Below, piece by piece: positions 30,920 to 41,552 of a stretch of DNA of 64,000 bases (the stretch's first letter is position 1; each line of letters begins with the position of its first letter). The DNA lies in contig OZ245056.1 of the NCBI GenBank assembly GCA_965224705.1, positions 1,472,001 through 1,536,000 of the forward strand. The letters run 5' to 3'. This stretch comes from Spirochaetaceae bacterium (GTDB lineage: Bacteria > Spirochaetota > Spirochaetia > DSM-2461). The notes below the pieces were generated by a model. It was not told where the DNA came from, did no database searches, and saw only the letters and a list, made by a program, of their open reading frames with translations. The translations under genes were made by a program, and so were the position numbers.

Positions 30920-31341
30920 ACTCTGTCGATGAATTCTGGAAATCCCGTGAAGAGGAACTGGGGACCGCTATCCTTTACAAAACGCTGGGCAAAATGATTC
31001 AACCAGAGAGCAGGATTCCTCTCTGGGGTATTCTATACACAACGGTCAATGCTGTCTATTTTCAGACATTTGAGTCTGAGAGCTGGATATCTTCCCTGAT
31101 CTCAAGAAAGAATGGCCGGAAAAAAACTGAAGACAAAATCATTGAAATCCCTGCTTCATCTCTCATTCAAGCTGAGATTATCCAGCCAGAGAAAAAAATA
31201 TTAAAACTGTTCAGTCAATCACCCACGGTCCGCTTCTCCTGGTATGATACCATTTCAGATGAAAAACAGATCTTACTTGCTGAAATAGTTGGTAACGCTG
31301 AGGCTCTTCTTTCCTCAGTGCCCGGGAACAGCCTGCCATGA
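30916..31341 (+). CDS. Hypothetical protein
   Basis: Translationally coupled 141-aa ORF. Confidence 0.65.
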   Translation: MNSVDEFWKSREEELGTAILYKTLGKMIQPESRIPLWGILYTTVNAVYFQTFESESWISSLISRKNGRKKTEDKIIEIPASSLIQAEIIQPEKKILKLFSQSPTVRFSWYDTISDEKQILLAEIVGNAEALLSSVPGNSLP

Positions 31342-31401
31342 TGGAAAAATCTGAAGGACACGTTTTCATGCCGGAGAGAGATTCACTGTAAGGAGATAAT
31401 T

Positions 31402-31989
31402 GTGAAAAAAGGATTCATTGTTATAGTGCTGCTGTTTGCGATGTTCCTTCCTGGATCATGTATGACGGCCAGTATTATCTGGACACCCATAGGGAAAGCA
31501 ACGGCTACTGTTGGTTTGAGTTCAGCGAAAGGCGCAAAGTTGCTGGCGATTCGGAGTATTAACGGTCAGAGGCAGGCAAATCCATGGACGTTTTATGTCC
31601 CGTCTAAAACTCAAGAGTCCAGACCCAGAATACTTGGAGAAGGTAGGAATGCCAATGTCGTCCTCCTGGACGCATCTGTTGATTATGAACTGGAATTAGG
31701 TCTTTATCAGTCCCGGAGACTCCCGCAGCAGGATCGTCCAGAATGGCATGAATCAAAACCCGTCATTACACTCAAAGCTCTGGATCCGCAGGGAAAATAT
31801 GTTATGACTTTTCATGGCCCTGCTTTTTCCCTGGACAGCGGCAAGAAGACTTTTGGAATACTTCGATTAAGAAAGGGATTGACATCAATACAGCAGTGGG
31901 AATTATACGGTACTGTTGTCCCTGACGCCGAAAATGCCTATAAGAGAACAACCTTTTACGAGTTTGAGGAAGTTAAACCAATTTCTTAG
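31402..31989 (+). CDS. Hypothetical lipoprotein
   Basis: AAGGAG RBS; signal peptide ending in PGSC. Confidence 0.65.
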   Translation: MKKGFIVIVLLFAMFLPGSCMTASIIWTPIGKATATVGLSSAKGAKLLAIRSINGQRQANPWTFYVPSKTQESRPRILGEGRNANVVLLDASVDYELELGLYQSRRLPQQDRPEWHESKPVITLKALDPQGKYVMTFHGPAFSLDSGKKTFGILRLRKGLTSIQQWELYGTVVPDAENAYKRTTFYEFEEVKPIS

Positions 31990-32322
31990 CTGTCCATGAC
32001 ACTGTCCTTCTCAGAAGTTTGCCAATCAATCTGTGTAAAGCTCCACGCAGTAGCTTGTTGTAGCCTGGTTTTGTTAGAATCCAGCCAGATATAGACTCCC
32101 TGTCTGGTATAGTCATTGAATACTGAGTGATGGATGTGATTCGGCGCTCACTCTCTGGAACGGCGGGAACCCTTATCGGTGAGAACCATTGTAAATGCTT
32201 ATCCTGTAAGATATAAATTTGATAATGAGAGCAGCCGGTCTATTTAACAAGCTTCCTGACACAGCATAAGGGCTCACAAACGAACTGGAATCGGAGCAAT
32301 ATTCCCTACAACCTGACCATCG

Positions 32323-32739
32323 TTAATCAATCCAGTTACCTCTTATTTCATTGTGTATTTCTTCAATCTCAGCTGCTGATAGTTTCAAGAATTCAACATC
32401 ATGCTTGTGAGTATCCTTTTTTTCTACAATGTAAACCGATGAATTTTTTTTCATCAAAAGGTGATGCCAGACTCCTTTCGGAATATTATAAATAGTTTCT
32501 TCCTCCAATATTGAGTAATCAATTCTAGACGGCTTTTCATTCCTGTCCATAGTAATTAATATCGATTTTCCCTTCAGGTGGATAAAAACTTCATCCGTAT
32601 GAATATGACGCTCCATCTGAGTTATCTGTTCTACAGGAGGAGCATGATTCAAAAAAGCGATCTGCCATTCACCACTGCCTTTCGAAGAGAAGAAAACAGG
32701 CTTAAACCATGGTTCGGTATTGGGAAATTTCTCAATCAT
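32323..32739 (-). CDS. Cupin-fold protein
   Basis: ERH..TDEVF and YNIPKGVWH; AAGGAG RBS before ATG 32739. Confidence 0.75.
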   Translation of the reverse strand: MIEKFPNTEPWFKPVFFSSKGSGEWQIAFLNHAPPVEQITQMERHIHTDEVFIHLKGKSILITMDRNEKPSRIDYSILEEETIYNIPKGVWHHLLMKKNSSVYIVEKKDTHKHDVEFLKLSAAEIEEIHNEIRGNWID

Positions 32740-32842
32740 ACAAACTCCTTTGCTTACAGAATCATCAATACCTGGCTGCGACAACAGAATGGATCGGGAA
32801 CTGTCAATAAAAGCCGTCACGCCCTTACCGCAGATCTTTCCC

Positions 32843-33715
32843 TTATCTGCCATCATGAACAATCAGATCATAGATTCGTTCCAGATCGTCCTGATTATAC
32901 CAGGATATTTCTATTTTTCCTTTAGACAGGGTTCCCTTCAATTTCACCTTCGTTCCCAGCGAAGAAATAAACTGTTCTTCCAATCTTGAGATTTCCGGAT
33001 CCTTACTATTTGCTGTTGAATCCGTCCTGCGCTTACCCGTGCTTCTATGACCACGATTCATGTCAACCGCAGCCACTTCGGCATCTCTAACCGATAATGA
33101 ATCTGCCATTATCCTTGAATAAAGGGTTTCCTGATCCGCCGGGTTGGTTACGGCCAGAATAGCCCGTGCATGTCCAGCACTCAGTTCCCCATTTTCCATT
33201 GCATTTTTCATTCTTGCAGGAAGCTTGAGCAGCCGCAAAAGATTGGCTACTGTCGATCTTTTTTTGCCGACTTTGTCTGCAACATCCTGCTGGGATAGGT
33301 TAAGTGAATCCATCAGGTGATAGTACGCCTTCGCCTCTTCCAGCGGAGTAAGATCTTCTCTCTGAACATTTTCAACGAGCGTAATTTCAAGCCTCTGTTC
33401 CGGGCTGAATGTTTGAACAATGACTGGAACTTCGGCTAAACCAGCTTCTCGACTGGCTCTCCATCGACGCTCTCCAGCAATAATCATGTATGTATCATTC
33501 AGACTTTTTTCTGCCAGAATGGGCTGTATAACGCCCTGTTGTCTGATTGACTCTGCAAGCTCTTTCATCGTTTCCGGGTTAAATCTTTGCCGGGGTTGTT
33601 CCGGGTTGGGAACAAGGCTGTCAATCGAGATGCTCATTACATCCTGTATTGACATATTGAAATCATCGCCTAATAGAGCATCCAATCCCTGACCAAGAGC
33701 TTTTTTTTTAGACAC
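32843..33715 (-). CDS. parB: ParB/Spo0J partitioning protein
   Basis: ALGQGLDALL, PNPEQPR, IAGERRWRA, ENVQREDL. Confidence 0.95.
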   Translation of the reverse strand: MSKKKALGQGLDALLGDDFNMSIQDVMSISIDSLVPNPEQPRQRFNPETMKELAESIRQQGVIQPILAEKSLNDTYMIIAGERRWRASREAGLAEVPVIVQTFSPEQRLEITLVENVQREDLTPLEEAKAYYHLMDSLNLSQQDVADKVGKKRSTVANLLRLLKLPARMKNAMENGELSAGHARAILAVTNPADQETLYSRIMADSLSVRDAEVAAVDMNRGHRSTGKRRTDSTANSKDPEISRLEEQFISSLGTKVKLKGTLSKGKIEISWYNQDDLERIYDLIVHDGR

Positions 33716-34475
33716 GATCCATAACCTCTTTTGCTAATGCTGAATAACTTCTGGCACCAATGCAGCCTGGATCATATAAATTGATTGGTTTCCCATGACT
33801 GGGTGCTTCTGAAAGTCGCACATTTCGTGGAATAACTGTTTTAAATAGATATTCCGGCTGTCGTTTGAATGCATTCTTCATCTGTTGAATTACCTCATGT
33901 GATAATCTTGTTCTGGCATCAAACATTGTGAAAACGATTCCACCAATTCTCAGCCTCGGGTTTAAGTTCTGTTGAATACGCTTAATTGTTTTGAACAGCA
34001 TGTTAAGGAAACCCACCAATGAAAAGTATTCGCATTGAAGTGGTACTATCACTGAATGAGCGGCCACAAAACCATTAATTGTAAGGATTCCAAGCGATGG
34101 GGGGCAATCTATAAAAATATAGTCATATTGATCCAGAACAGGCTGTAAGGCATTTCTCAAATATTGTTCCCTCTGTTCCGCATTCGCAAGCTCAACGGTT
34201 ATTCCTGATAGACTTATGTTTGCTGGCAGAAGATCCAAACTCGGTTGTGGTGTTGACACGATGGCTGAAAAAATTTCTGCTTCCTTAATCAGCACTTGAT
34301 AAACTCCGATCAGAGGGTTCTGAACTCCAACACTGCTGCTGAGATTTCCCTGAGGATCAAAATCAACCAGCAGGACTTTTTTTCCAGATTCTGCTATGCA
34401 GGCGGCAATATTAACCGCTGATGTTGTCTTCCCAACACCGCCCTTCTGGTTTGCAAAGACAACCACATGACCCAT
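33708..34475 (-). CDS. parA: ParA/Soj ATPase
   Basis: NQKGGVGKTT, DPQGN, DCPPSLG, IPRNVRLSEAPS. Confidence 0.95.
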   Translation of the reverse strand: MGHVVVFANQKGGVGKTTSAVNIAACIAESGKKVLLVDFDPQGNLSSSVGVQNPLIGVYQVLIKEAEIFSAIVSTPQPSLDLLPANISLSGITVELANAEQREQYLRNALQPVLDQYDYIFIDCPPSLGILTINGFVAAHSVIVPLQCEYFSLVGFLNMLFKTIKRIQQNLNPRLRIGGIVFTMFDARTRLSHEVIQQMKNAFKRQPEYLFKTVIPRNVRLSEAPSHGKPINLYDPGCIGARSYSALAKEVMDRV

Positions 34476-34703
34476 TCTTCTATAATAACACCTGTTTGCT
34501 GATTGACCAACCCAAATTGCACTTTCAGACCTGTTCTCATGGGCAATTTCACCGGGACTACTCAATTAATACAAAATTGACATTTTTTTCATTTTAGGTA
34601 TCGCTTATGGTAGTCTAAACCGATTATACTAGTATAACCTGTTTAAGGGAATTAAATCTGTTTTCTATTTTACATCGGGTTTCCAATTGGACAAACTAGT
34701 ATT

Positions 34704-35768
34704 ATGAAATCAAAAAGTATGAAACTAAATCGTGCAACCCTCTTGAAAATGCCAAAGATTGAGGTCCATCGCCATTTGGAAGGAACATATCCAATCCAGT
34801 CATTGTTCAAAATGGCTAAAAAAAACAAGCTTGACGTCCCTGGCGACATAGAATCCTTTAAGAAAGCATTTCAATTCCCAAAAAACCATAAGCCCGATTT
34901 TCTTCTGTTCCTCAGTAAATTCAAAAAATTCTGGTACAAGAGTATGGAGGACATCTCATCCATAACTTATGATTCGGTATTGTCACTGGCAGATGAGAAC
35001 TTATTCTACATTGAGCTTCGCTTCAATCCACTTCATTTCACAGAACTCACAGGACTGGATCCCTCCGCTGTCACCCAGACAATTATCAACTCAAGTAAGA
35101 ATGCTGCCAGTAAAACCGGCCTTCAAATACGGTTTCTTCTAACGTTTAACAGGGGAGTACAAACGGCCAAAGAGATGATTCAGACGTATCGTGAGCTTCA
35201 AAAAGTTGACCTGTCCAGTGTCGTCGGAATTGATCTTGCCGGAGATGAAATAAACTATCCTCCTGAATTATTCATTGAATTCTTTGATGTCATTAAAAAA
35301 GATGGACATTTTAAAATTGATATACATGCGGGAGAGGTTACAGCTTCAGATGGCATCTGGGTATCAATTGATCAGTTGCATGCTGATCGCATAGGTCATG
35401 GTATTTCCGCAATTCATGATCCGAAATTACAGAAAGTACTGAAGGACGAAAGAATATTCCTTGCGCAATGCATCTCAAGTAATTACCAGACAGGTTCATG
35501 GGTCGATGAGTCTACCCATCCCATGAAAAGGCTTTACGAATCGGGTATTCCAATAACAATGGCATCTGATGATCCAACAATACAGGATACTGATTTAACC
35601 GATGACTACGTGAAAGCTGTTACTAATTTTGGATGGACAGCGGATACACTGGTTCAACTGAACCTGGATGCGATTGAGTCCTCATTTCTAACAGATGCAG
35701 AAAAAGCATCCATCAGTAATGAATACCTTATGGCTGTGAATTCATACCGGAGCAATTTTCGGATATAG
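34704..35768 (+). CDS. add: Adenosine deaminase family protein
   Basis: PKIEVHRHLEG, DLAGDE, HAGE, RIGHG, SDDP. Confidence 0.88.
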   Translation: MKSKSMKLNRATLLKMPKIEVHRHLEGTYPIQSLFKMAKKNKLDVPGDIESFKKAFQFPKNHKPDFLLFLSKFKKFWYKSMEDISSITYDSVLSLADENLFYIELRFNPLHFTELTGLDPSAVTQTIINSSKNAASKTGLQIRFLLTFNRGVQTAKEMIQTYRELQKVDLSSVVGIDLAGDEINYPPELFIEFFDVIKKDGHFKIDIHAGEVTASDGIWVSIDQLHADRIGHGISAIHDPKLQKVLKDERIFLAQCISSNYQTGSWVDESTHPMKRLYESGIPITMASDDPTIQDTDLTDDYVKAVTNFGWTADTLVQLNLDAIESSFLTDAEKASISNEYLMAVNSYRSNFRI

Positions 35769-35791
35769 GGCTTGCGGTCGTAATTGCGGTA

Positions 35792-37402
35792 TTATTGGGG
35801 AACCTTTCCTACCGTGGTGATGGACAGTATCGCTTCTCCCACCCGTTCGTCGGTCTGTCCGGCCCGCTGCTTCTTCTTCAATCCCCGGTTACGGGCGATT
35901 ACCGCTCCCATCCCCTTGTAAACGTGATACCGTTCGCCGTCGATCACGGCGATTTCGGTGATGGCCTCCCCGGGTTCTTCCGAATAGGCGGTAACAACCA
36001 ACTGTTCCACCCCCAGGGGAGGAACCACCTCAAATAAAAAGGGAAACCTGACCGCCCGGGCCACCCGGTCTATCCCGATGTAGTAGGAGGGCTCCAGAAG
36101 AACATACTCCCCGGTGGCAAGCCGGTAGGTTATTCGTAAAAAGGCGGGCTGGTTCACCCTCAGGTAGAACTGAAACTCCTCCTCTTCTTCAAAGACCAGG
36201 TTTTCTCCGGCCCGTCCCTTCTGGCTCCACACCTCCACATTGATGCCGCCATCGGTAATCGCCTCTTCGGAAAACTCCCTCAGGGCCGCCACCGCCTGGT
36301 CGTATCCCCGGGGCTCCAGGTTAAACCGACTCTTTACGGCGGCCGCCGGAAAGGTAACGGTGGTCATGCCTGCAATTTCTTCATCCTCCAGGGCGATGAT
36401 ATTGAGCCGGACTTCCGGTAATTTCTCCCAGTATACTCCCTTTATCCGAAGTTCTCCCCTCTTGCGGGGAAGGAAGGAAACCAGCCTTTCCCGCAGGGCT
36501 TCGGCGGCGTAAACTCCGAACTCGCTGGAGAGCATACTTTCTCCATAGGTGAGGGGAGGGCTGATTGCCGGGGTACCCTCCACCCCCTGGCTTTTGAGGG
36601 CGATGGCAATTTTCTCCAGAGCTTCTTCAAAGGTGGCCGCCCTGGTACCGCCGGTTTTGTCAAGGGCCCTTTTGATTTTTGTTTTCAAGGCCTCAAAGGC
36701 GGATTCATCAATTCCTATCCGGGAGTAATAATCCTTCCTTTTTCCCACCGTAAGATAATGGTTGGCCGTCTTTTCGATTGCACCGATTACAGGAAGCCCC
36801 TGGATGACAATATCATACAGGCGGGTCAGATCGCTGCTGCTCCGGTCCATTTCCTCCTCAATTTCCTGGAGTTTTGTCAGTGATTCTTTACCCTTTTGAA
36901 CATAGAACTCCAGCAGGTGAGACCGCTTGATGACGGCCAGGACATAGAGGTTCTTCTTCTCTGCTTCAATGACGTAGTCTATCCCGGCCACTTCCATGTC
37001 GGTGGTGGTTACGGTTTCCGTGTCAACTTCTGTGAACGAGTCACCTCTCCCTCTGGAAAAACCTTTTTCACGAATAATGGTCTGGCTTCTTATATGAACC
37101 ATTATCCGCTGGACCAGGTCGGTCAGTGCCGCTTCCCTGGCACGACTGAGGGCTTCCGTTTCTCGAACTTCGCCCCCCGACCTCCCCGTATTGCCTTCGG
37201 TCTGTTGAACCATGGCAAACCCGGTCAGGTACAGGGCGTCCGGGTACTGGGGGTGCCGTAATCCGTAAGTTCGAGACCATTCAGAGAGGGCCGTAAGAGG
37301 ATTCAGGGATATCAGAGCCAGAACAGTAACGCCCATGGATCGTCGCATGAAGTCCATGCTATTAAACCCGGCAGGTTTAGTCAACTCAGCCGCCTTGATC
37401 AT
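35792..37402 (-). CDS. Exported protein with an LPP20-like N-terminus and DUF4384-like C-terminus
   Basis: Hydrophobic leader; C-terminal VEVWS.KG...F.E.E....YLRVNQPAF...VPPLGVEQL pattern. Start position uncertain. Confidence 0.55.
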   Translation of the reverse strand: MIKAAELTKPAGFNSMDFMRRSMGVTVLALISLNPLTALSEWSRTYGLRHPQYPDALYLTGFAMVQQTEGNTGRSGGEVRETEALSRAREAALTDLVQRIMVHIRSQTIIREKGFSRGRGDSFTEVDTETVTTTDMEVAGIDYVIEAEKKNLYVLAVIKRSHLLEFYVQKGKESLTKLQEIEEEMDRSSSDLTRLYDIVIQGLPVIGAIEKTANHYLTVGKRKDYYSRIGIDESAFEALKTKIKRALDKTGGTRAATFEEALEKIAIALKSQGVEGTPAISPPLTYGESMLSSEFGVYAAEALRERLVSFLPRKRGELRIKGVYWEKLPEVRLNIIALEDEEIAGMTTVTFPAAAVKSRFNLEPRGYDQAVAALREFSEEAITDGGINVEVWSQKGRAGENLVFEEEEEFQFYLRVNQPAFLRITYRLATGEYVLLEPSYYIGIDRVARAVRFPFLFEVVPPLGVEQLVVTAYSEEPGEAITEIAVIDGERYHVYKGMGAVIARNRGLKKKQRAGQTDERVGEAILSITTVGKVPQ

Positions 37403-37407
37403 GACTA

Positions 37408-39571
37408 CACCGAAAACTATCGCCCCACAACCCCGCTAGAACAAAAATCCGGTCTGGATCTGGAATATGCCGGTGGGCATGAATTCAGAAAAGCTAGGGT
37501 CAAACAAAATAGAAAGCGCACCGCCGATGTCGATGAACCAGCGTTTCTCCGGAGCTACCCGCACACCCAGCCCTAAATCAAAAGGAAAATAACCAACTTC
37601 AAGAAAGTGGGCCATTCCAAAATCAAAACATCCATACACATTCACCGGTATGGCCCAGGCGGTTTTGTAGCGAACACCTGTAGATAATTCCACCCACATG
37701 TCGGTGCTGTTGGTGCCTGCTGAGAAACCCATAGTCCAGGCCCAGTTCCGGCTGAAGTTGCGGGCGTAATGGATGCTACCTCCAACGATGGATGAGTATG
37801 ATAATGAGTATAAGGAGAAATCACTTCTGGCGACAAAGCCTGCAGACAGCTCATGGGACTTGCTGCTTCCCACCAGTCCGCCGGATTTGCCTTTCTCCTG
37901 CCTTACCTCCCCGGTGAAGCTGCCCTCCGGCAGGGAGGTGCGGGCCTCGCCCACCGCCGCTCCCACTTTTTTGCGCCCCTCCACATACACGTCCTCCAGA
38001 ACAATGTCTGTTATGCGGGCCTTATTGCCGGTTCTACCGAACAGCCCCACGTGGTCTTCGGCGGGGCGGGAGATGTAGAGGCGGCTGATTCTGTGGCCGC
38101 TGCCGTCAAAGGTGCCGGTGAATTTTTCTCGCACCGATCCGGCTATGGGCTGGAAGTTGTGATCGCCCAGGCCATCGCCATCGGCATCGGGGAAGCTGAT
38201 ATCGGCCATCTGGGTGTAGGCTCCTGCCGTGTTCTGCCGCATGGCCTGTAGGTCCTGCCAGGCATATATCTCCGATGGGCGGTAGGAAAGCGTGAATTCG
38301 CGGCTGTCGGAGCCGCGGGATAGGACAAGCACCACCGCACTGCGGCCCTGCACCGTGGAGGTGAAGTCCGTTATGTCTTTTGCAAAGAGCTGAAACCGTC
38401 CATCCAGAATTGTCTGGGAGCCGCTTGCACCGCCCATCTGCCACTGATAGCTGCCGCCGGGTACCGGGGCTGCCATAATCACGGGTGTTCCGGCGAGAGA
38501 GGGGTCTTTTATTGCCTGACCCAGGATGCTGTGCTCGCCGGAGTAGGTGCTTAAAACCGCCTCGTCCAGCGATGAGGCGGCGGTGTAGGCGGGCAGATCC
38601 GGCCTGTTGCCGTCCAGGGCCGCTGCCGCGCTGGGTGCACCCGCCGGATCGCCAAAGAAGAAGTTTGATGTCATGCTGGAGTTGCGCCAGGGCACCTGAT
38701 TGCGGTTCATCCTGGTGGTTTCGGCAGTAACCAATTTCATCAGATCGTCCACTTCCAGCCCCGGCTCGCGGATGTAGCTCAGCAGGGCGGCAGTGAAAAA
38801 ACCGTTCCTGCCGGCGGGATTGTCGCCTGCCGTCTTGCCGGGCGAGGTGGAATAGATGATCATGGACTCGGGCGGCTGAACACGGACGATGGCCAGGCCC
38901 TTTTCGCCGCTGCGGGCATAGCCGGGGTAGGGATTGTCGCGGCAGGAATCCAGGATGATAATGTTCTTCTGGTTTCTGGACTGCTCCATCTTGCTCATCA
39001 GCAGATCCACCGGCACGCCAAAGTACTCCAGCTCGTCCTGGCTTTGAATGTCGGCATCAACCGGGATGATGTAGTTCTGGCCGCTTACCTGGGCACCGTG
39101 GCCGGAGTAGTAGAACAGGCCGGTGGAATCCCTGTTCAGGCTGTTGCCGAAGTCACGTACTGCCTGGATGGTTTGCCTCTTGTCGGCATCCACCAGAGTG
39201 GTAACGCTGAACCCCAACTCCGTTAAAACCGCCGACATGTCGGCGGCATCGTTGACGGGGTTCTTCAGCGGATTGGAGGTGTAGGCACTGTTGCCTATCA
39301 CCAGGGCCAGCCGCTCCTGGGCGAACAGGGCTGTGCACATCAGAGACAATAATGTCAGTAAGAAGCATTTTTTCATCATAGCAATCCTTTTGTATCGCAA
39401 TTCACCTGAACGGAACTGGTTTTCAGCCACACCCCAATTCTTACACATTGTTGAAGAACTGTTATAGGAGGCCGCTAAAAACAGTTTTGTGTCCCGAAGA
39501 ACTATAATCATGCATCAAATAAAATTATTACGCAACCCGGAATCTCTCTTCGTCCAGGGGCAATCGCATCT
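37408..39571. repeat. ~2.2-kb direct duplication unit B, copy 1
   Basis: Matches 41553-43760; ends in a solo MITE-B terminus (GGGCAATCGCATCT). Confidence 0.95.
37436..39379 (-). CDS. Secreted caspase-family (C14) protease + GLUG-like domain + C-terminal beta-barrel, copy 1
   Basis: Signal peptide, ALVIGNSAY, YSGHG, LDSCR, FTGTFDGSGH, amphipathic strands ending in TGFLF. Confidence 0.85.
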   Translation of the reverse strand: MMKKCFLLTLLSLMCTALFAQERLALVIGNSAYTSNPLKNPVNDAADMSAVLTELGFSVTTLVDADKRQTIQAVRDFGNSLNRDSTGLFYYSGHGAQVSGQNYIIPVDADIQSQDELEYFGVPVDLLMSKMEQSRNQKNIIILDSCRDNPYPGYARSGEKGLAIVRVQPPESMIIYSTSPGKTAGDNPAGRNGFFTAALLSYIREPGLEVDDLMKLVTAETTRMNRNQVPWRNSSMTSNFFFGDPAGAPSAAAALDGNRPDLPAYTAASSLDEAVLSTYSGEHSILGQAIKDPSLAGTPVIMAAPVPGGSYQWQMGGASGSQTILDGRFQLFAKDITDFTSTVQGRSAVVLVLSRGSDSREFTLSYRPSEIYAWQDLQAMRQNTAGAYTQMADISFPDADGDGLGDHNFQPIAGSVREKFTGTFDGSGHRISRLYISRPAEDHVGLFGRTGNKARITDIVLEDVYVEGRKKVGAAVGEARTSLPEGSFTGEVRQEKGKSGGLVGSSKSHELSAGFVARSDFSLYSLSYSSIVGGSIHYARNFSRNWAWTMGFSAGTNSTDMWVELSTGVRYKTAWAIPVNVYGCFDFGMAHFLEVGYFPFDLGLGVRVAPEKRWFIDIGGALSILFDPSFSEFMPTGIFQIQTGFLF

Positions 39572-39674
39572 CGGGGTCCTGGCATGATATATTTTCCAGT
39601 CCGTCTCGCATTAACCCGGTTGGATTTCTGCTATTGCTTCCATTCCCCATAGCATTTCGCTATAATGCAATACT

Positions 39675-41432
39675 ATGCAAACCTTGCAACTGGGTATATC
39701 GGATTTCAAGAAATTTATTGACGAAGGCTGCTACTTTGTCGATAAGACCCATCTTATCCGTTACCTTATTGATAATCCCTGCGAAGTCCATCTTATAACC
39801 CGTCCCCGCCGCTTTGGCAAAACCCTGAACCTGAGCATGATTCGCTATTTCCTGGAGGCTCCATCACCGCCAAAAGAACGAAAGGGGCCAAAATGGCTTG
39901 CCCGGCTTCGCTTGCGCCGAGCCCTTCCCTCCAATGCCTATTTGTTCAAAGATCGTTTCATCGCCTCCCATCCGCGCTGTGCCGAGTTTATGGGGCAGTA
40001 CCCGGTCATCCATTTGAGTTTTAAGGATGCCAAGGGTGCTTCATTCAATGAGTGCATGGAAATTATCAGAAAAATGCTTTCCGCAGAATACCAGCGGCAT
40101 GGGTATCTACAGGGTTGCGGAATGCTGCACGAAGCCGATAAAAATTTATTTTCCAGAGTATTGAACAGAAACGGCACGGATCAGGACTGTGCCCAATCCA
40201 TTGAATACCTTTCATCCTGGCTCCACCGCGCCTACGGCAAACCGCCATACATCCTTCTGGACGAGTACGACACACCCCTGCATTCGGCCCATGTGGATAA
40301 GTATTACGACCAGATGATCGCCTTCATCCGCAGCTTCATGGTGCAAACCTTTAAGGACAACCCCCACCTGAAGCAGGCTGTGCTTATCGGCATACTGAAG
40401 ATTGCCCAGGAGAGCATCTTCAGCGATTTCAACAACCCCAGAGTAAGCACATTGCTGGATCCGGAAATTGAAGACACATTCGGGTTCACAGAATCCGAAG
40501 TGGAAGCCATGGCCGCTCATTTTGGTCTGGAAAGCACCATGGACGGCATAAAACAGTGGTACAACGGCTACCTCTTCGGCGGGGAAACCGTCATCTACAA
40601 TCCCTGGAGCATCGTTAGCTTTCTTGGCCGCCCCAGAGCCGGGCTGAAACCTCACTGGATAAGCACCAGCGACAACAGACTCGTCAAGGAGGTCATCAAA
40701 CTCAAGCGCCGGGATGCGAAAATGACAACAGAAAAACTCCTGCGGAAAGAGGAAGTGCGCAAGCCGCTCTTAACCAACATTCCCTACACTCAGATAGAAA
40801 ATGATCCGGATGTGGTATGGAGCTTCCTTCTCCACAGTGGCTACCTCAAGGCCTCCGAAATGCACCAGGAAGAACTGGGAACTAGCTGGCGGCTCTCCAT
40901 ACCCAACAAAGAAGTGGAGACGGCCTGGAAAACCGTGGTGCTTAACTGGTTGAAGGAGGATCTGTCCGTCAACGAGGATTTTACGGACTTTGTCAGTGGC
41001 ATCAGAGAAGCCAATCCCAGGCTGATTGAACGCGGCCTGAAGCGAATCCTGTTCGGCCTGGCCAGTTATTACGATAGCGCATGGGACGAGGAGGACAGAC
41101 GGGAAAACTTCTACCACGGCCTGGTGCTGGGTCTTCTGGCCTATCTTGGTTCGGCTTATACCGTGGACAGCAACCGGGAGTACGGGAGGGGCCGCTCGGA
41201 CATTGTGGTGGTCAGGAAGGGGAGCGATCCCGCTCAGGCCGAAGAGGCTTTTGTGTTTGAGTTCAAGCAGGGAAACAGTGCCGCTGATACCGCACTGGAA
41301 ACGTTGGCCCAGGCCGCTTATGCCCAGGCAGTGGAGGGATACCTTGACGGGGTTAAGGAGAAATGGCATCCGAAGGAATTGTTGGTTCTGGGAATTGGTT
41401 TCCGGGGGAAGGAACTTGTCTCTGCATTGTGA
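39675..41432 (+). CDS. AAA-ATPase-like + PD-(D/E)XK nuclease, paralog 2
   Basis: Same motifs as 2590-4353; TATAAT 8 nt upstream of the ATG. Confidence 0.92.
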   Translation: MQTLQLGISDFKKFIDEGCYFVDKTHLIRYLIDNPCEVHLITRPRRFGKTLNLSMIRYFLEAPSPPKERKGPKWLARLRLRRALPSNAYLFKDRFIASHPRCAEFMGQYPVIHLSFKDAKGASFNECMEIIRKMLSAEYQRHGYLQGCGMLHEADKNLFSRVLNRNGTDQDCAQSIEYLSSWLHRAYGKPPYILLDEYDTPLHSAHVDKYYDQMIAFIRSFMVQTFKDNPHLKQAVLIGILKIAQESIFSDFNNPRVSTLLDPEIEDTFGFTESEVEAMAAHFGLESTMDGIKQWYNGYLFGGETVIYNPWSIVSFLGRPRAGLKPHWISTSDNRLVKEVIKLKRRDAKMTTEKLLRKEEVRKPLLTNIPYTQIENDPDVVWSFLLHSGYLKASEMHQEELGTSWRLSIPNKEVETAWKTVVLNWLKEDLSVNEDFTDFVSGIREANPRLIERGLKRILFGLASYYDSAWDEEDRRENFYHGLVLGLLAYLGSAYTVDSNREYGRGRSDIVVVRKGSDPAQAEEAFVFEFKQGNSAADTALETLAQAAYAQAVEGYLDGVKEKWHPKELLVLGIGFRGKELVSAL

Positions 41433-41552
41433 GGAATAACCCACTGATAGGCCGGACAGCTTGCTGTAAAAAACATAGTGCCTTGAAGAATGTGGAACTC
41501 TCCCCGCCGTGCGCGGCAGGCAGGCCAATCTTCAGGGGTGTGCCGCCCCGGT

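Noticed and set aside
31990..32322. Possible tRNA or ncRNA in a 330-bp gap
   Set aside because: Only a weak hairpin is present; no cloverleaf, T-loop or recognisable RNA motif.
32843..34475. parAB as evidence of a plasmid or prophage
   Set aside because: The proteins are chromosomal Soj/Spo0J type, sit among housekeeping genes, and no rep or phage genes are nearby.
34476..34703. Purine riboswitch upstream of add, or oriC/parS next to parAB
   Set aside because: I found no purine aptamer core, no DnaA-box cluster and no canonical parS palindrome.
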